Shown piece by piece: positions 59,156 to 64,000 of a DNA stretch of 64,000 bases (the stretch's first letter is position 1; every line of letters starts with the position of its first letter). Made by a program: the position numbers and the translations under genes. The stretch comes from an uncultured Candidatus Saccharibacteria bacterium (GTDB lineage Bacteria; Patescibacteriota; Minisyncoccia; Phycocordibacterales; JAACPR01). The stretch covers positions 245,389-309,388 of the forward strand of contig CAZIEY010000001.1 in assembly GCA_964538855.1 (NCBI GenBank). The letters are read 5' to 3'. Under the pieces are notes generated by a model, which was given only the letters and a program-made list of their open reading frames with translations, had not been told where the DNA came from and did no database searches.

Positions 59156-59617
59156 ATGAAATGGCGCGCAGATAATTTAATAACGCTTGAAAAAGTGGCG
59201 GAATACGCCCTACAAGAGTCTGAAAAAAAATCTACACTCAAGAAACACGCTGGCGTGATTGCGCTTCACGGAAATTTGGGAGCGGGTAAGACGACTTTTA
59301 CAAAGAGCATTGCGAAACTGCTCGGAATTACCGCGACGATTACGAGCCCAACGTTCGTGATTCAAAAGAGTTTCGAAGTCTCGGGTGATTTCGCGACAAA
59401 ATATGGTTCGATCAAAAAATTAATTCACATCGACACTTATAGAATCGATTTACAAGACGAGCTCGTCAAGCTGGGCTGGCACGAAAATGTGGCAGATGCG
59501 AATAATTTAATTGTGATTGAGTGGCCGGAGAATATTCCGGATCTGTTGCCAAAGGAAACTGTGCATGTTTATTTTGAATTTATAAATGAAACGACCCGTG
59601 AAATCGAAATCCGATAA
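59156..59617 (+). CDS. tsaE: t6A biosynthesis ATPase TsaE
   Basis: GNLGAGKTTF, SPTF, HIDTYR, IEW. Confidence 0.95.
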   Translation: MKWRADNLITLEKVAEYALQESEKKSTLKKHAGVIALHGNLGAGKTTFTKSIAKLLGITATITSPTFVIQKSFEVSGDFATKYGSIKKLIHIDTYRIDLQDELVKLGWHENVADANNLIVIEWPENIPDLLPKETVHVYFEFINETTREIEIR

Positions 59618-62009
59618 AAAAATAGAGAAGAATTCGAAAGTTGAAAAGCAACGCATTGTCCTTCTCGATGCGCACGCGATTTTGCACCGCGCGTATCACG
59701 CTTTGCCGGATTTCGCTGCATCGAACGGGGAACCGACGGGCGCGCTTTTTGGGCTTTCGACTATGTTATTTGCAATCGTACGTGAATTGAAGCCGGACTA
59801 TATTATTGCGGCGTTTGACTTGGCCAAGCCGACGTATCGTCACGAAGTGTATGCCGATTACAAGGCGGGTCGCAAGAAAATCGATGATAATTTGATTAAA
59901 CAATTCACAAGTGCACGCGAACTTTTCAAAGCGTTTAATATTCCGATCTATGAAAAAGAGGGTTTTGAAGCCGACGATGTGCTCGGAACGATTTGCGAAA
60001 ATTTGAAGGACAATAAAAATGTCGAAATCGTCATCGCGTCTGGTGATATGGATACATTGCAACTTGTAAGTGGAACAAGGGTGCAGGTATATACTTTGAA
60101 AAAGGGTATTAAAGACACAATTTTATATGATGAAAAGGCGGTTCTTGCGCGATTCGGTTTTGGTCCAAAATTGCTGCCGGATTACAAGGGTTTGCGAGGC
60201 GATCCTTCCGACAACATTATCGGTATTCATGGGATTGGCGAAAAAACTGCGACGACTTTGATCACACAATTTGGCACTATCGAAAAGATATATAAAGCTT
60301 TTAAAAAAGACCGCGCGCAATTTACGGCTGCGGGTATTACCGAACGCATTCAAAAGCTACTCGAAGAAAATCAGGAAGAAGCCGAGTTTAGTAAAATGCT
60401 CGCCACTATTCGACGTGATGCGCCAATCGATTTTGTAATCCCAGAAAAAAAGTGGCGCGAGGGCGTAGACCATTCGCGTATCAAAAGTATGTTTCAAGAG
60501 TTGGAATTTCGAACGCTTGGTGGGCGCTTGAACGAGGTGCTCGGTGTTACAGGGGATGATGCAGATGCGAGTGGTTCTGGCGAATTAAAAGTAGCAGAGA
60601 AAATCGATCCGCAAGAATTGGTCGAGACTTCAATTATGTTGTGGATTTTGAATTCGAATATGTCAGACCCGACACTTGAGGATATTTACACGTATACAAA
60701 AACGAGTGGATTTACACAGGCGCGTGGAATTATTTTGTATGAAATTGAAAAGGCTGGTCTTAAAAATATTTTTACTGATATTGAAAAGCCTCTCATTCCG
60801 ATTATTACGAAAATGCAAAAAGCTGGCGTGAAAATCGACGTCAAAAAATTAGCAGACTTATCAAAGGAGTATCATACCGATTTGACTGCAATCGAAAAAA
60901 GAATCTACGCGGCGGCTGGTCAGGAATTCAATATTAATTCGCCGAAACAGATGGCGGAAATCTTGTTCGAGAAAATGGGTCTGACTTACAAAGGCTTGCG
61001 CAAAACAAGCTCCGGTAAATATTCGACGAAGGAGGAAGTGCTCGATAAATTAGCGGTTGAACATCCAATCGCACAGGCCATTTTGGAATATCGCGAAATT
61101 CAGAAATTGCTCTCGACCTATATAGATAGCTTGCCGACGCAGGTTGCGGATGATGGGCGGATTCACGCACAGTTTATCCAGGCGGGTGCTGCGACTGGAC
61201 GTTTTTCTTCGAAAAATCCAAATTTGCAAAACATTCCAGTCGGTACAGAGCGTGGCAAGAAGATTCGCGAAGCCTTTATTGCGGACAAGAGCAAAGTTTT
61301 AATGAGTTTTGATTATTCGCAAATCGAATTGCGCATCGCAGCATTTTTATCGAATGATGAAAAATTAATCAGTGCTTTCAAAAATGGGGAAGACATTCAC
61401 ACGGCGGTTGCTGCGGAAGTTTTCGGTGTGAAGCCTTCCGAAGTTGATAAGGAACAGCGCCGTAAAGCCAAGGTTATTAATTTCGGAATTTTATACGGCA
61501 TGGGCGTTTCTGCGCTTCAAAAAAATCTTGGTACTGATCGCAAAACCGCGCAGGAATTTTACAATCGATATTTTGAAAGTTATCCTGTCCTTGCGAAATA
61601 CATCGAACGTGTCAAAGCCGAAACGGCGGATCGAGGTTACACCACAACGCTTTTCGGGCGTCGCCGATATTTTGAGGGGTTCAAATCTCCGCTCCCGTTT
61701 ATTCGCGCTTCGGCGGAACGCATGGCAATTAACGCGCCGATTCAAGGAACTCAAGCCGATGTGATTAAAATTGCGATGGCCCGCATCGATGAGTTTTTAG
61801 TGAAACATGGTCTCGAAGAAAAGGCTCGTCTCATCTTACAAATTCACGACGAATTAATTTACGAAGTCGACAAAAGCGCGATTGATGATTTGCCAACTCA
61901 CATTAAAAAAATCATGGCTGACGTTTTGACGCCCGCACAAACAAAAGGTGTGCCGATTTTGACCGAGTGTGCAATGGGCGACAGTTGGGGAGACTTGAAA
62001 AAAGTTTAA
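59586..62009 (+). CDS. polA: DNA polymerase I with reduced 3'-5' exonuclease region
   Basis: 5' nuclease (EADD, GDPSDN), DYSQIELR, NFGILYG, QIHDE. Confidence 0.97.
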   Translation: MKRPVKSKSDKKIEKNSKVEKQRIVLLDAHAILHRAYHALPDFAASNGEPTGALFGLSTMLFAIVRELKPDYIIAAFDLAKPTYRHEVYADYKAGRKKIDDNLIKQFTSARELFKAFNIPIYEKEGFEADDVLGTICENLKDNKNVEIVIASGDMDTLQLVSGTRVQVYTLKKGIKDTILYDEKAVLARFGFGPKLLPDYKGLRGDPSDNIIGIHGIGEKTATTLITQFGTIEKIYKAFKKDRAQFTAAGITERIQKLLEENQEEAEFSKMLATIRRDAPIDFVIPEKKWREGVDHSRIKSMFQELEFRTLGGRLNEVLGVTGDDADASGSGELKVAEKIDPQELVETSIMLWILNSNMSDPTLEDIYTYTKTSGFTQARGIILYEIEKAGLKNIFTDIEKPLIPIITKMQKAGVKIDVKKLADLSKEYHTDLTAIEKRIYAAAGQEFNINSPKQMAEILFEKMGLTYKGLRKTSSGKYSTKEEVLDKLAVEHPIAQAILEYREIQKLLSTYIDSLPTQVADDGRIHAQFIQAGAATGRFSSKNPNLQNIPVGTERGKKIREAFIADKSKVLMSFDYSQIELRIAAFLSNDEKLISAFKNGEDIHTAVAAEVFGVKPSEVDKEQRRKAKVINFGILYGMGVSALQKNLGTDRKTAQEFYNRYFESYPVLAKYIERVKAETADRGYTTTLFGRRRYFEGFKSPLPFIRASAERMAINAPIQGTQADVIKIAMARIDEFLVKHGLEEKARLILQIHDELIYEVDKSAIDDLPTHIKKIMADVLTPAQTKGVPILTECAMGDSWGDLKKV

Positions 62010-62015
62010 AAAATC

Positions 62016-62723
62016 ATGCTTTATTTTATTCATGGACAGCCGAATAAGGTTTTTCAGAAATCCGAGCAAATGGTTGCGTCGCTTCTCGCGAAAAAACCAG
62101 ACGCGGTGGTGGTGAAGCTCGACAGGGAGCAGATCATAGCAGGGAAAATCGCGGAATTTATTGGCTCACAATCACTTTTTTCGACGAAATATATCGTGAC
62201 TTTGTCGCGTGTTTTGGAGGATGAGGAAATTTCCGAAATCGTTTTGGATTTCGCGGAAGATATTCATGCTTCCGAAAATGTGTTCATTTGGGCTGAAGAA
62301 AAAGTTGATGCGAAAACCTTGAAAAAGATTGAAAAGGTTTCTGATAAAATTCAGTATTTTGAAATTTCGAAAACGGCTGGACCTCAGATAAATATTTTTG
62401 ACCTTGCGAGTGCATTTGCAGAAAGAGATAAAAAGCGCGCGTGGATTTTATATGTCGAGGCGTTGCAATATTTTTCGCCCGAGGAAATTTACGGCACATT
62501 GTGGTGGCAAGTGAAAACGATGCTTCTCGCGCAGGCGACCAAGACCGCGACAGAAGCTGGTATGAAGGATTTTTCATACTCAAAAGCCAAGGGATTTTTA
62601 CGGAAATATAAAGAGGGAGAAGTGACTGAATTGGCTCGAAATTTGATTGTCACCTATCACCAGTCACGCCTCGACGGGGAAAGCCTCGAATTGAATTTGG
62701 AGAAGTTGATACTTGCCAATTAG
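62016..62723 (+). CDS. HolA-like DNA polymerase III delta subunit, short
   Basis: LYFIHG, SLFS, NIFDLA; downstream of polA. Confidence 0.65.
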   Translation: MLYFIHGQPNKVFQKSEQMVASLLAKKPDAVVVKLDREQIIAGKIAEFIGSQSLFSTKYIVTLSRVLEDEEISEIVLDFAEDIHASENVFIWAEEKVDAKTLKKIEKVSDKIQYFEISKTAGPQINIFDLASAFAERDKKRAWILYVEALQYFSPEEIYGTLWWQVKTMLLAQATKTATEAGMKDFSYSKAKGFLRKYKEGEVTELARNLIVTYHQSRLDGESLELNLEKLILAN

Positions 62724-62805
62724 TGTGGGGTGGTGTAATATCTGAGTCTGTTCCAGGCCATCGTATGGTTGCTGGATTAGTGTCAATTCGTTCGGAGTCC
62801 AATCA

Positions 62806-63093
62806 ATGAGTAAGCCGGTGCTGGTATTAGCATTAGAAGAACCCCAACTGGGTGGGGCCGCTCCTCAAGAGCAGCTTTGTACACCAGGAGTTGTGGCGGG
62901 TCGTCGAAGACCTGTCCCAGATCCGGAGGTCGAGCAGATCTTCCGAAAAGAGATCGGCGGCAGAAGGAGTCCTGCTGTGAAACTTCCCGACGGGTTGATG
63001 GTCAGTGGTGGCAACATGATCGTCTCGGTGAGTTCACCGGAAGAAGTTGCCGATGTGGTGGCTGGTGACTCGGCGCACTACAGGACTCACTGA
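62806..63093 (+). CDS. GC-rich small orphan ORF
   Basis: GGAG upstream, own terminator 63107-63147. Confidence 0.5.
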   Translation: MSKPVLVLALEEPQLGGAAPQEQLCTPGVVAGRRRPVPDPEVEQIFRKEIGGRRSPAVKLPDGLMVSGGNMIVSVSSPEEVADVVAGDSAHYRTH

Positions 63094-63164
63094 GGGGAGA
63101 ATTACCGAAGCCGAGGCACCCACGGGGTCCCTCGGCTTCATTTTTTTGCAATCCTAAATCTGGG

Positions 63165-63237
63165 TGCGCTTAGTAGGAATCGAACCTACGACCCTCTGCT
63201 TAAAAGGCAGGTGCTCTACCAACTGAGCTATAAGCGC
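63165..63237 (-). tRNA. tRNA-Lys(TTT)
   Basis: Cloverleaf, loop CT-TTT-AA, GTTCGATTC. Confidence 0.95.
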
Positions 63238-63299
63238 ATACAAAAAACGCTTTTAAACATTAACAGAAAAAAAACGATTCGGCAAGACTTGGCTTTTAA

Positions 63300-63716
63300 T
63301 TATAGAGGTAAATCAATCGCAAACGCGCCTGGTCCAAGGAAAAGGAGTGCGAGCGAAAGGAAAATCATAACCACATTGAAAATTATAGGATAGTTCAAAA
63401 CCTTGCCCACGTATTTCTCAATCAGGGTCATATTTAAGAAAAGATATGCTGCAATAAGCACCATGACTTGGGTTAAAAATCCGACCGTGATAAAAACTCC
63501 GGTAAAAATTTCGACGAGACCCATAACCCAGGGCAGGAATCGATGAAAATTATAATTGCGCGCGAAATTGTGAACTTGTAATTCAGTAATGAAATAGATG
63601 CGTCGTACGCCAACCGTGATGAGGCCGATATAGAGAAGAACAATTCCAACAACGACGCGAAGCAGTGTGATCGCGAGGATGTCATAGGTGAAGAGCTCTG
63701 GAAAAACGCTTAACAT
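63300..63716 (-). CDS. DoxX-family membrane protein
   Basis: LLRVVVG, E...G, GFLTQ, GPGAFAID. Confidence 0.8.
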   Translation of the reverse strand: MLSVFPELFTYDILAITLLRVVVGIVLLYIGLITVGVRRIYFITELQVHNFARNYNFHRFLPWVMGLVEIFTGVFITVGFLTQVMVLIAAYLFLNMTLIEKYVGKVLNYPIIFNVVMIFLSLALLFLGPGAFAIDLPL

Positions 63717-63733
63717 ATGTGTAGTATATCAGA

Positions 63734-64000
63734 ATGATGCGAAAAATTCTCATTCTCGAAAACATCCGAAGTGTGCACAACGTGGGTGCGATTTTTCGTA
63801 CGGCGGATGCGGCGGGGGTTGATAAAATTGTCTTGGTGGGAATTACTCCGGCGCCGATTGATCGTTTTGGACGGGCGCGGGCTGATTTGGCTAAGGCGGC
63901 TCTTGGGGCAGAAAAGACTATGGCATGGAAACAGGTCACGAATGTGGGCGAGGCAGTGGCGGAATTGCGCGCGGATGGTTTTCAAATTATTTCGCTCGAA
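63734..64000 (+). CDS. TrmH/SpoU RNA methyltransferase, partial
   Basis: LENIRSVHNVGAIFRTADAAG, KAALGAE. Confidence 0.9.
   Translation, partial: MMRKILILENIRSVHNVGAIFRTADAAGVDKIVLVGITPAPIDRFGRARADLAKAALGAEKTMAWKQVTNVGEAVAELRADGFQIISLE

Noticed and set aside
53-63985. Numerous short antisense or alternate-frame ORFs in the track
   Set aside because: Shadows of confidently identified genes
1-64000. CRISPR array, prophage, transposase or reverse transcriptase
   Set aside because: No regularly spaced repeats and no recognisable genes of these types

Overview
Chromosomal, origin-proximal segment of a small-genome bacterium whose gene set and style fit Patescibacteria/CPR, probably Parcubacteria (inference). 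It holds the yidC-rnpA-rpmH-dnaA-dnaN block, housekeeping genes (tpiA, nusA, ppa, tig, clpP, rny, HU, cca, xth, xer, rpsO, comM, pcrA, rsmA, tyrS, ruvBC, tsaE, polA), type IV pilus genes, five tRNAs, one TA pair and an ~11 kb T4SS/conjugation-like cluster with no relaxase in the window. Less obvious signals: (1) two families of dispersed intergenic elements with long terminal stems, conserved cores and covarying arms, plus a larger candidate ncRNA at 22.8-23.2 kb; (2) a Phe-codon leader peptide and attenuator ahead of an apparently acquired pheA; (3) a parS plus DnaA-box cluster about 25 kb from dnaA; (4) pervasive leaderless promoter architecture in core genes, while orphan or acquired genes carry Shine-Dalgarno motifs; (5) a pyrD-pyrC pair next to tRNA-Gly. 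All calls come from reading motifs by eye; no searches or folding computations were run.
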